Below are positions 12,720-24,286 of a DNA stretch of 54,908 nt, piece by piece; the stretch's first letter is position 1; every line of letters begins with the position of its first letter. A program made the position numbers and the translations under genes. This stretch comes from Sarea resinae (Eukaryota), in NCBI GenBank assembly GCA_026026165.1, contig JAPEUD010000030.1:186001-240908 (forward strand). Reading direction: 5' to 3'. A model generated the notes under the pieces. That model ran no database searches. It worked only from the letters and a program-made list of their open reading frames with translations, and was not told where the DNA came from.

Positions 12720-13683
12720 TAACTTTAGCCGTTCCCCCTCTACTAGCTACTGACTCTACTTACCGTGCTAGCTGGACGATATGTAAAGGTAGCAGGCTAC
12801 CTCTTAGCCTGTCTCGCTCTCGCTCTCTCTCTCTCCTATAGTTTACCTAATTTCTACCTTTTACTTTCTATATAATATACATATATATACATATACAGGT
12901 AAATATTTACTACTTAGAAAACAATAAAGGCTTCTTACTACTATCTAGCTGACTATGTCCTATCTAGCTAACCCTCTTCTACTCTCTTCTCAGCGATTGT
13001 AGTGATAGTGATAGTGATAGTGATAGTGATAGTAGTGATAACAATATCTAAGGTGATGATAGTGATAATAACAACGATAATAACAACGATTATAACCATC
13101 TCAGAAGAACACGAAAATTTCAAGGAAGAATAGAGAGGTGTTTTAAAGCACCGAATACAAAATACAGGATACAGGAATATAGTTGTCGAGATTGCTAGGT
13201 TTTGGGATCTGTTTTTGGTATTACATATCACTATATCCGTAAGGACTCGTAAATAGGCAAACCCGCTCCTACGTGAGCTGTCCCAAAAAGACTACTATCA
13301 CCCGGCTCGTCTAGGCTATGCCTATTTGCCTACTATATAGAAGCGCGACTCACATATATATGCGTATGTGTATGTGTATATGTATAGATACTATATTAGG
13401 CGTAGAATAGAGGTCTAGAGAGGTCGAAAGGGGTTTAAAGAGGTCTAAAAGAGAAGAGAGAGGGGGGAGAGAGAGGGGTTAGGATATGTAGGTAGGTTAG
13501 GGATTTGCTAGAAGGAAAGAAGAAGGTTAATTAGCTACTAAGGCAATCAACAAATCAATCTATTAATCAGTCATTTCATCAGTAATTAGCTAAAAGGAAG
13601 AAAGAGACTGTGGTGCTATTCTCTATCTCTCTATCCTAGCCTATCCTAGCCTTTCCTATCCTAGAAAGTGTCATCTTGGCCCT

Positions 13684-13719
<36 letters not shown>

Positions 13720-13745
13720 GGCAGGCAGGCAGGCAGGCAGGCAGC
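12720..13745. repeat. AT-rich RIP-like island with simple repeats (GTGATA)n and (GACA)n(GGCA)n, plus an inverted-repeat element at 13251-13340
   Basis: TpA/CTA/TAG excess, no plausible ORF, and a segment homologous to 35684-35760. Confidence 0.65.
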
Positions 13746-13804
13746 CGAGGAATCAGAACAAAGGGGCGCCAAGCGAGCAGCCGCGCACTCGCACAGCCCC
13801 TCCC

Positions 13805-14281
13805 TCAAAGACAAAACCTGCACTTGGGCCCGAACCAGAAACTGCCGGGCGCGCCCTCGACAGCCAAGCAGCCGGCGCCGACATCACTCGAGTTGAACGT
13901 GTCGAGCACGTCGCCGCCGACGCCGTCGGCCGGACAGTCGGCCGCCGAACCGTAAAACCTGAGCTCGTCCTCTGTTGTCAGCGCCAGCACCTCGATGGCC
14001 ACGAATAGCGCGCCGGCCGTCTGCGCGTCGGCGTCTTCGGTGCTGCACCCGGACGTCGTGCCGGTAAACTCGACGCCCGTGCCCGCGCAGCCGGCGGCCG
14101 TGTACAGCTTGATGTCGTACGAGCTGTATGTGACTTGGCGCCCGGACAGCGGGGCCGCGACCGCAGCTCCTGGGGTGGGGCTTGGGACCACTGAGAAGCT
14201 GCTGGCGAGTGTGGCGGCTGCGGCGAGGTAGAGGAGGTGGTGGAGGAGGCTGCGTGTGCCGGATGCTGTTGGTGCGAGCAT
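13805..14281 (-). CDS. Small secreted cysteine-containing protein (~158 aa)
   Basis: ATG in GCCACCATCATG context. Hydrophobic signal-like LLYLAAAATLASS, GC3-rich codon usage, 6 Cys, repeated L.(F/L)Y....C motif. Confidence 0.75.
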   Translation of the reverse strand: MLAPTASGTRSLLHHLLYLAAAATLASSFSVVPSPTPGAAVAAPLSGRQVTYSSYDIKLYTAAGCAGTGVEFTGTTSGCSTEDADAQTAGALFVAIEVLALTTEDELRFYGSAADCPADGVGGDVLDTFNSSDVGAGCLAVEGAPGSFWFGPKCRFCL

Positions 14282-14929
14282 GATGGTGGCTTGTAGACGA
14301 GTCCAAAAAGGCGGGATGGTGTCGAGATAAGTGTTGCAACAAACGTAGGAGATTGCGAGTGGTGGGAGGAGGGAGCAGTGTTGGGTATGGCACGTTGCAA
14401 CCAAAGAATATGTCTTGGGCAATGTGGTGGGATCGAGAAGGTCTGTCGAGAGGCAATGGAGACTGTCGGGGAAGACTCGGTCAGCTCTTCGTGGTCCGGG
14501 GAGAGGAAAGCGGATGGAGGTCTCGACGAAGGAATCAAACAATTAGAGCATTGACAGGTATTGAGCTTACCCACAACGCGGTAGTCAAAAGCTTGCCGGT
14601 GCAGGTGGAAGCAAGATACTAGGATGCTAAGACAGAGGAAGGACAAAGAAGGACCAAACGCTGTAGCTTTCGCTTCACAAAAAGAATTTGAGAACAATGC
14701 TTTCGGAGGGAGGAATAGCTCTTCTTATACAAAGGCCACACGGTGCCACCGTTACATTCCCCATCGCACATCGACCGCACTTGAGTCTTTCGGCTGAACC
14801 GACCGATTCTTAGGAGCAAAGAGGGGGCCTAAACAGGGTACAAAGCAACTGAGCTGAACATGCGTTGGAGAATCCAATACGACGGCCGACCCCAAGTCTC
14901 ACGTCAGAGGCGACGATCTCTCGAGTGGA

Positions 14930-16760
14930 AGACCATGGGGAAGCCAAAACTGCGAGATCAGGCCCCTGCGAAGCAAGGAAATGTCTGTAGAGATCGTACT
15001 CTTGCAAGAGCACGAGCCCCAGTGAGGCAGTTGAACCCCAATTTTCGCGCCTTGGTCAATGACACTAAGTAGCTTTGCTGAAACCTTTTCGCATCTCATC
15101 GGAATGGTTCAAGCCATTTCGGGTTCTACGATATCAATTTCAAGGTAGCTCTCAGACCGTTTGTGTCTCGTCGCGGCAGCCTATGACGGTCTGTCGATTC
15201 GTCTTTGAGAGCGGCTCGTTATTGCTAGGTTACCCCGCAATCTAGGAACGACGTTGATCACTGTTGCTAGCTCAGGTGATAAACGGTGCCGCTGTTCGCA
15301 CCACTCCAACATTGATCTCGTCGCGCATTCTGATGGCCTTACACAGGCGGCTATGATGATCACACGCCCTGTTTGGTTCTATCTTGCTGCTTGCTGGTTA
15401 GACCGCTGTTGGAACAGAACTCAAGTTAGAGTAGAGTAGAGGAGAGCAGTGAGTGTATTGCGTGTATTCTAACTGATTAGAGTAGCATGAGGATGATCGA
15501 GTGAATACATTACTGGCTCACTATACGAGACCGAGCTCATTCCAGACGCGGATCCGTTCGATAGCTCTCGCTTAGCAGCAATGACTAAGCTACGAGTGCT
15601 GTCAGCTTTTTGCCCGATGCCTCCCAAGTCTTCACTGCCTGCTTCCCGGTGCCGTTCCCTGCCCGATTCCATCACCATCGTCCTCTTGGCTGCACTGTGT
15701 ATAACGAAGCCACTGGTAACAAAGCCACTGGGACTCGCAGTCACCAAGTTGCAAGAAGTGTTCCCGAAAGTCCGAAAACAACGTACCAATGGTACGAAAG
15801 ATCTTTGCTGAATCTCCGAGAAGATCAGCATTGTACATCCTCAACACGGTTGCGGTTCCTTCGCTGTTATTTCTCAACCGTGTCCGGCAAGAGCAAAATT
15901 CGCTCGAGAAGAATGCGTCTGTTAGCTCATCGTACGGCTTGATGTCTGATATCGAGTAAGACTCGAACGGCAGGGAGAGCGGGCGTTACAAACGCACTCT
16001 TCCAGACATATTCTAGTCGAAAGAAATGTTGGCTCTCCAGTTATGTAGTTCGACCGTGAACACTGCTTAGGCTCGGAGGCTGTCTTGTCAGTGTGTGTGT
16101 GCTTCGTAGAAGAAAGTGGGCGAGTGTATATGCAGGCTCTTGCATTCACAGGCCATATCGCGGCGCCGTGGCTTGATGCATGTCTCTTTGAGAAAACAGT
16201 CTGCTAAGACTTGATGATTTATTATTATCTTGTTCTTGAAACCCTCTAAGATAACTCGCTGATGCTGCTCAATCATAATATACCGCGCGGTACCGTGGGA
16301 TTCAAGCTTAATTGAGGTATCGTCAACGCCCTCATTGTGGCAGAGATGTACCGCTTATTCTGCTCATAACGGCCGGATCGTACTCGGAAGTATACCAGAT
16401 GTTGATGGCGATAATATCGATCGATATCGGGTTCCTTATTATACTGACAAGTAATGGCTGTGTTGCCTTCTTTCAGGACTACCAAGATTCGACTCAGGTC
16501 ACCCATAGCTCGTGTCCTCCTCAGGTCCGATCATTTGAGAAAACATATCGTGCCTCAGGATCAAATCTTGAACTGCCGTGACAACATCAAGGGATGCTCG
16601 TAAGTGTACGTTCTAGCCAAACGACAAAAGCTGTCAATGACCTAGAAGAAATCTGGGACCGGACCACGCGAAGCAAAAATATGCTCGGACTGGAACACTT
16701 CAACGGACAAAAGTTCGGATCGTCTGAGCCCTCGACCACCCTCGGAATGAGATGGACAGT
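14930..16760 (+). pseudogene. Probable heavily decayed NB-ARC/TPR (fungal NLR-like) relic
   Basis: Degenerate motifs occur in the expected order across shifting frames: MGKPKL (14935), SGSLLL (~15210), IDLVAHSDGL--TQAAMMI (15311-15361), AAMTKLRVLS/FLPD (~15575-15620), AVTKLQEVFP (~15737-15766), AGSYSEVYQM (~16372), LGPDH (16653) and MLGLEH (16681). Confidence 0.35.
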
Positions 16761-19700
16761 TGAATTGATGGTGTCCGGGAATATTCGTCTCTGTGGAGCA
16801 GGTCAAGAATGGCAGACGCCTCTCACAAGTGACTGCGGCGCCTCGCAGACATCCATAGTCATCCGCAAGAGCAGAGAATCTCCTTGATTTCCTGCTACTA
16901 TAGACATTCAGAAGACTCAGAAGGCTAAGAAAGCAAAATGGTACCAGTCAATCTACTGTTAGGGGCAGCAAGGCCACTCGTCCTTTCGAGCACTCTGAGC
17001 GAACACCACGATCGACCAATGTGTGATTTCCTTCTCCACGAGGACAATTGACCAATGGATCTACTCCGAGTAAACATGATAGAATAGAAGGGAATGAAGC
17101 GGAATGCGAAAAGAAAATTCTGATCACGCAATCGGTGATGCCAAATTGGGATAAGAGGTGATGAGCTGCTGCCTAAGGGAGAGATCAAAATAACGCAATT
17201 GTCAACTGAAGAAAGAGAGGGGTAGAGAGACGCGCGCATTTTCATGCGGCTCGTGTGTCAGTGTTGGAGTGGGTGTGCGCCTGGCTACCTTGATTGAGGC
17301 GCTGACGTAGGTACCGGAACCCCAATACGTACGCATCCGGCTCCTGACAACGTTGCGGATGCAAAGGAGCGCAAAATCTTGAACGCCCAAATGAGGCGTT
17401 GGGGGCCTGAAATGGGCAGGATCACGGTTCTGTCAGTAGCAGTGGTGATGGTCCTGATCACCCGTGGTTGGGTGGGTAGCCGAGGTGAGACAAGCCAACA
17501 CAAGACAGGACAACAAGAAGAGAAGAGAAGAGAAACGGCTAGAGAGCAGCCAGGCTGACGGTCGGATTCCTGAAAGAATAGGAATCATTCCGTTGGCCCA
17601 GAGACCATGCCATCCATGAAGGCGTCGGCTGTTTGAGATGTTTGGGCATCTGGGTAATTTGGTATCTGGGGATTCCTGGTTTCAGGTCGTTGGGTTCCAT
17701 CAGGCGCCGACCCGACCGAGCGTCCGACCCGGCCGAGCCGATACCATCGTCAGTCCTCGACAAGAATAGATGGAGAGATCTAGAAGGGGATGGGAAGTGT
17801 GTAACATGAGCGTCAATGGAAACGTCGCAAAACGAAACAAACAGTGTCTGGGCAGACGCCTTTTGCTGGTGGTGATGATACTCTCTACGGAGTACTCGAG
17901 ATGGCAGACACAGGAGGTAACTTCGTACACATAGATCTGGATCTGAAAAAGCTATCGACTTCGTACGGATACGTACTTTGTACCACCATTCAACGTAATG
18001 GGAGGGAGTACGTGGACGGTCGCGGGAGCTGAGTAATGTTTCCAACCAGAGATGATGGTTTGCGTCGTCATGGCAAGCATTGGACGAGGAGTTCGACTAT
18101 ATTTCCAGTTGATAAGAAGAAGAGTGGCAGGGCACGGGAGGCCTTACATGTCACGATGTTGGTGGTAATAGTCATAGTGGTAGTAGTGGTGGTAGTGGTG
18201 GTAGCGGTGGTGGCTCATTGCTCATTGTGCATCGGGCTAGGAGTACCTTGGCAGTGGTGGTGCTACTACCCGTGGAACTCGTACTGGGAGTCTGGGACTA
18301 CAGAGTAGGTAGGTTGGCGCATCCGACGGGGCGGTGCTCAATGGCTGGATAATCGAGACGAGGGCCATTGGATCCATTGGATCCATTGTTGGTTGATGCC
18401 GTAGCGAGAGTGGCATGAGTGCCTCTTGTGGCAGTGACCGTGATTGGAAGCGAGAGAGAGTAAGAGTGATAGTACGTGAAGGGAGATGGAGGTACCTGGA
18501 GATGGTGGATGACTCCCCACGGAAGTGACTTGAGTTGGGGGTGCGGAATAGGTGTCGAGTCAAGTATTCGCTTCTACCTGCAGTCCCAGACTCGAGGTTC
18601 CTCGACCGTCGAGTACCTCGTATCGACGGTACAGCCCTCTCTGGAGTTGCTCTCTCGACGTCGACCGCCAGTCGCTCTCGGCTGGCCCGTCTCCCACTGG
18701 TCAATGGGCCCGAATGGCGTCAAGTGGACGGGACGACGGGGATGTCGAGGCGGTCATGGGCCTCATGGGCATCATGGGCATCATCCAAGACACTTGGCCA
18801 GGATCGCCGCATCGGAACAAGCTTGATCGTGGTCAGAAGGCTTCATCCGAGTTGACCAAGTGACCGGCCCCATGGCAACGAGCGAGAGCGTACGGAGGAG
18901 CGTAGTAGACAGCTACTCCGTAGAGTACCTGTAGCTAGACATGGTTCTCATGCATCCTCATGCATCCCTACCACCCACTTCGGATCTCCAAGCATACATT
19001 GTACTCCGACTACATCAAATTCGTGCACTGCCATCCAATGACGACCCGTGAAACACTCTGGATGATTCACACTCAATGGATGGGACCGACCAGACCATCG
19101 TGGAGCCGTGGAGCGAGTACCTGACGTGCAGTGCAGTGCAGTGCAGACTTGCCGACATGCGCGGCCCTCCAGGGCTGCTCAGCTGCAGACGCGCACACTT
19201 GCGTAAGTCAGGAGCAGGAGTTCCCCCATCGTCCCCTCGCGGCCCCGTGCCGTCGTACATGACTTTCTATATGGCTGCTTGTTGATGGCAGACGCCCGCC
19301 ATGGACGGGGATTGACGCGGATCGACGGGGAGGGACCCCTTGGAGATGGCGATGCGGCGTCGAGGCGATGCTCTGCGATTGATCAGACTGGTAGGCGTCT
19401 CCCTCGCCCGCCCGTTTCTGGTTTCGGGACCGTCCGTGCCAAAAGGCGCAGTCTGCCTGGCTCTGTCTGGCTTGCCCTGCCAGGCCGACCCGTGGGCTCA
19501 CAGGCTAGGGTTAGAGCGAACCCTCCTTGCCCTCCTTACCCTCCTTACCCTGACGGCCAGGGGTCCGCCTGTCCCGCCTGTCCTCGTCCGTCTGGGATGT
19601 GTGGGGTTGCTTTAGCTCGGCCGCTTTGGCATGGGTGCCTATGACTCCAGGCTCGTGTGTTAGGCAACCCTCATAATATCTGAAAGCGTCCACCAACAAT

Positions 19701-19931
19701 GGCCGCCCAACTTATAAACCGTGCCTGAGTCGCATCCTCTTGGGTCTTGCTCAACAACAAATCACACTGCTTCCACCGCTTCTACTGCTTGCAACTATCA
19801 TCGCGCTTGATCCATCACTGCCCGTCCCGTTCAAGACGATAGGGTCAGTCGTGTACATATCAACACCTCCAGTCCCAACGCTGGCCATCGAGATCAACAA
19901 CAACACCGTCCTGCGAACGACACAAGAAGAG

Positions 19932-20585
19932 ATGCCTCACTTCCACCAACGCCAGGTCGGCTTCGTGCCGGTCGCGGCCTACTCTCGGCCGCCGACCGCG
20001 ACCGAGTACGCCGCCATCCACAACTATTCCTTCCACGCCAGCCACTGCCGTCGATGCGCCGCGCCGTACGAGACTTTCCTGAACGGCGAGACCCTCTGCG
20101 AGCGCGGTCACGGCTATGCCATCGACGTCGCCGACTTCGTCTACGAGAAAGCCGGCAACGCCTACTCGACCACCGACCGCGAGGACGGCAACGTGCCCGT
20201 GCAGATCGAGATCCCTCACGGCTGCGGTGTCGTGCGTGGTCTGCTGCGCGCCATCTCCGAGGGCCTTCGTCTCCGCCATGCTGCTCCGCCGGTCGTGAGC
20301 TACGACCCAACATACTACGTTGCGCCGCGACCGGTCGAGCGACACGACCGGGTCACCGTCATCCCCGATCGGCCGAGCCCTCTTCGTCGCAAGAGCGTCG
20401 CCGTCCGCTATCCCGTGGCCAAGGAGCCGCCACGGCCTGCCGCCCGCGACAAGGTCTACTACTATGACTCAGAGCGCCGAGGCAGTCTGTATGCTCGCGA
20501 TCTCGCCGAGCGCCGATCGCGGTACAGCTCTAGCGGCTTGGCGGTCGACGAGCGCGACTACTACGACCCTCGATTCCACCGGTGA
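19932..20585 (+). CDS. Fungal hypothetical protein (217 aa) with HxxHCxxC...CxxGH motif
   Basis: Intronless ORF with strong C/G third-position bias and TATAAA at ~19713. Cys/His cluster in the N-terminal half; Arg/Tyr/Pro-rich tail. Confidence 0.8.
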   Translation: MPHFHQRQVGFVPVAAYSRPPTATEYAAIHNYSFHASHCRRCAAPYETFLNGETLCERGHGYAIDVADFVYEKAGNAYSTTDREDGNVPVQIEIPHGCGVVRGLLRAISEGLRLRHAAPPVVSYDPTYYVAPRPVERHDRVTVIPDRPSPLRRKSVAVRYPVAKEPPRPAARDKVYYYDSERRGSLYARDLAERRSRYSSSGLAVDERDYYDPRFHR

Positions 20586-21259
20586 AGGAAGCGCCGTTTC
20601 TTAATGGAAAAAGAGAAAGAAAAAAAAAAGAAAGCAACCCGATGGAAAGATCAGACGCCTCGAAGGCAGCCTGACTCGAGGATCCACGTCGCCACAATAG
20701 CGTTACCTGCTTGCGTCTTCATGCTTGCTTGCTTGCTCGCGTCGTCACACATTGTCTGCGACACTGCGACGTTGCGACGCCTACTCGCGCACGACTCGAG
20801 ATCCGCCTCTGCGAGACCCGTCATTTTCGATTTGGCACTGCTCTGTATCCGCCGGCGAAACCGCGCGTGCTTTGCTTGATGTCGTTTTGAGGTCTTTGTT
20901 TGCCGTGTTTTCGAGCTCTTTGCCTGCTTGCTTGCCTGCGTGCTTGCTTGCTTGCTGGCTTGGCTCGGCACCGCACCACTACCGTTACGCATCCCATCAC
21001 TCCTCCGTCTGTCCATCCGTCCTACTTGCTTTGGGTCGGAGGGAAGAATGGAAAAGGGGAAAACCAACGGAGGGAAGGGGGAAAGATGGAAGAGGAGAGG
21101 AGAAGACAGGGAAGGGGAAGGGAAAGGGGGTAAGATGGCAGAGACAGAGAGAGAGAGGAGGGTACAAGGACATGCATATTGCAAGACAGACAGCTAGATA
21201 GTGGTATCAGTATCAGTACCTACCTAAGAGCTTCAATAGCTTGAATCAAACCTTGATCT

Positions 21260-21959
21260 CAAAATCATCATCATCGTTATCATCCTCGTTATTGTTGTTA
21301 TTGCCATTTTTATCACTTGTCACTGTCAGCGCTGTCATCGCTGATCGCTGTTGTCGCTGTCATCGCTACTGTCACTGGCGATACCACTGACTATCACGGT
21401 CACGTACTATCATCATCACTTATCGCTGTTGTCGCTGCCAGGATCACTAACTATCCCTACCTAGCACTCTTACTGTCACTCTTACCACCACTACTGCCAC
21501 CAATATTACCGCCACAGTCACTACTACGTAGTAGAACTACCACTCTTGTTGTCACTGTTCTCATCATCATTGCTAAGGTATTATTATCGCCGCCACCACT
21601 ATTACTGTCACTATCGCTATATTACTGTCACTCACTACCTTACCTTACTTACCTAAGGTGCCTTAATGCCACTAGGTAGGTATGCTACTATCACTATTAC
21701 CACCACTATTACTAGGTACCTAGTACTGTTATTATTATCACTATTATTATCATCATCACTTATCACCGTCATCGCTGCTGTCACTGTCATCACTGCCATC
21801 ACTGTCATCCCTGCCGGCACTACCGCTATCACTACCACAATTGCTGTACTGCCACTACCGCTGCCGCGATTCTTCGCTACTCCTCCTCCCCCTCCCCCTC
21901 CCCTTCCTCTACTACTGCTACTACTACTACTCCTCCTCCTACTATCGACCTTTCTCGCT

Positions 21960-22019
<60 letters not shown>

Positions 22020-22135
22020 ATATCTCTTATTGTATCTCTTCTCTCTACAAAGACTGGATTTTGTAAAGATTAAATTCTGTATCCTGTGATCTATGCTCTG
22101 TTATCTGTTATCTGTTATTTGTGAAGTAGAAGTGA

Positions 22136-22178
<43 letters not shown>

Positions 22179-22235
22179 CGTGGTGATGGTAGCAGTAGTA
22201 GTAATAGCAGCAGCAACAGCCACATCAGCAGCGAT
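21260..22235. repeat. Low-complexity trinucleotide region (CAC/CAT/TAC/GTC-type) with a poly-C run, (CT)n and (GTA)n tracts
   Basis: Directly visible. It produces spurious poly-Leu/Val/Thr ORFs. Confidence 0.9.
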
Positions 22236-22570
22236 AGTAAGCACGCATGCAAGTACGAAATACTCGATCCTCGATCAGAGAACACCAAAAGCTCAACTGT
22301 TCCAGAGTGCGATCTTTCAAGATCTTAAGAGCTCAAGGGTCCAAGGGTTTCAGAGTCAAAGCGCTCACGAGAATGCGAGAGTTCACGGGACAGAGTTGAG
22401 ACCCTGCATGCATGCGGCTCAGCGCACCCAACGAAGAAAAAGCATGCATCTATATCGAGATCGGCCATCGAGATATCGTACACGCCTCTCTCTCCCTCTC
22501 CCTCGAGAGACGCCGTCTTCGCTTCCGCAGCCCTGCCCTATCAACCATGGCACACGGCCGAAAATATAAT

Positions 22571-24163
22571 CTACGCCCTCTCGCTCCCGCGTAACCGGAC
22601 CGCTTGTCCGTACTTCTGCAGCTTGGTGATCAGTGCATCGCCCTGCTTGACCACGTCGTTGTACTGCTTGTTCTTGTCGTCGGGCCGGTTGGTCTCGATG
22701 ATGCCGTTGACGCGGTCGATGGTGCAGGGGATGCGGTCTGCCGCGATGAATTTGGCCAGGTCGCTGTTTCCGGCCGAGGCGTTAGCGAGTGAATATGAGA
22801 CGATAGGATGAACAAAAGCAAACAACTCACCGGTCAAGAAAGTCAACCGAAACGCCGAAATCATGTGCCATGCTCCCTAATCCGACAACCTTGTAACTCT
22901 GTAAAAGCTGCTGGTACGCGCGAAGTCGCATCTCGCGGACGAACCAGCCACGATGCTCGTACAAGTAACGATCTTGGCTGAGGAAGTTCTCCTCGACAGC
23001 CGCAAGAGCCACAAAAAAGGACCGATAATCGCCAATGTAGAGGCTCGAGACGAGGTTAGCGAGCGGGGAAAAGTCAATGGGCACTTCGACCTCGGGAGAG
23101 GTCGATTGGCCGAGCGTGGTCAGGTTGACAGCTGCAGCTGCTGGCGTGGGCGTTGCGGCTGTGGCAGATGCGTCGGACATGTCTTCGTCTTTGGCGCCGG
23201 GGCCGGCCGAGACGGCGCCGGTCAGTGCAGAGAGCTTCTCCTCCCCGTCACCGAGGATGGCGCGGATCTCGGGTGCATCGACAACTTTGGCCTTGAAATC
23301 GACACGCTTCAGTGACACTGAGCCTGCGAGGACGGCATAGACGACAAGAGACGAATAGCTGCAGAGCTCGTAGCTCGTAAAGGTCGAGAGACTGTCGAGG
23401 AGGAGGCCGGCCGCGAGGTTGTACGAGCGGGTCGTGAGCAGATGCAGTCCCTGGTAGGCCTTTAGACGATTTCGGCGGTCCCAGTCCCCGCCGCTGTCGA
23501 CTAGACTCTTCGCTCGCTCGATGCTTCTCTTGACGAGGAATTTGTCGCCGAAGAAGATCCCCATGCGTATGATCGCCAGAACGACGTCGATCTTGGTGCC
23601 AAGGATGCCAGCCTTTTCCAGCACCGACTCGTATGAGGAGATCGCTTTGTCCTGAGCCAGACGTGTTAGCAGCTCGAAAGTATTTGCAAGTGAAAAAATC
23701 CTACCTTGTCGCCTACTCGGGCCCAAAACTCTGCCCGCTTTCCTCTCGCCGCCTGGATCTCCGTGTCTCCAGCATTCTCCTCGGCGTCATCCTCTTCTTT
23801 CTGAATGCCCTCCAGCTCCTTCTCATTCTCGGCTTTCATGCTATCATACAGCTTCTCATCCCATGGAAAGTCTACTTTCTGCGCAGGCTTTCTCGTGGCA
23901 AGCAGGGCCGCAGTCGCGCTGAGTTTCCTCGAACTGCTCGATGCTGGCTTCTGCGCTCCACCCTCGCCAGCCGCGTTGAGAATGCCGTCTACCGGGTGGG
24001 CCAGATGCCGGTAGAGAGGTGCCATCTTGTGTTCTTGGATAGCATCTTGAAGAGACTTCAGGGAGGTTTGCTGGGCGGACTTGGGGGCAGAGGGATTCGT
24101 GAGAAGGAAGACGTGTTGGGACAAGGACAAGTCTGGAAACTTGGCGTATTGAGGGTCACCCAT
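22571..24163 (-). CDS. RPN7: 26S proteasome lid subunit Rpn7 (3 exons)
   Basis: Exons 24163-23705, 23651-22831 and 22763-22571. Motifs MAPLY, GGDWDRRNRLKAYQG, FVREMRLRAYQQLLQSY and IDRVNGIIETNRPDDKN. Confidence 0.97.
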
Positions 24164-24271
24164 GGCGGGCGATGAGAGGACGTGAGTGGGAAGAGGGAGA
24201 GTAGATCAAAGGAAGAGGGAAAGAGGTGAGATTACTGTCTCGGTCGAGGATGAGGAGAGCAGTCTGTTGAT

Positions 24272-24286
24272 GGAGCTGATGGAGCT
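24272..24286. promoter_or_regulatory. Tandem GGAGCT motifs upstream of RPN7 (candidate Rpn4-type site)
   Basis: GGAGCT at 24272 and 24281, ~110-125 bp upstream of the RPN7 ATG. GGAGCT is the reported proteasome-gene element in filamentous ascomycetes. Confidence 0.45.

Noticed and set aside
19505..19513. TAGGGTTAG (CTAACCCTA on the minus strand) as a telomerase RNA template
   Set aside because: A single 9-mer in a promoter context; I could not identify pseudoknot or CR4/5 elements.
21317..22569. Poly-Leu/Val/Thr 'membrane protein' ORFs
   Set aside because: Translations of microsatellite and low-complexity DNA.
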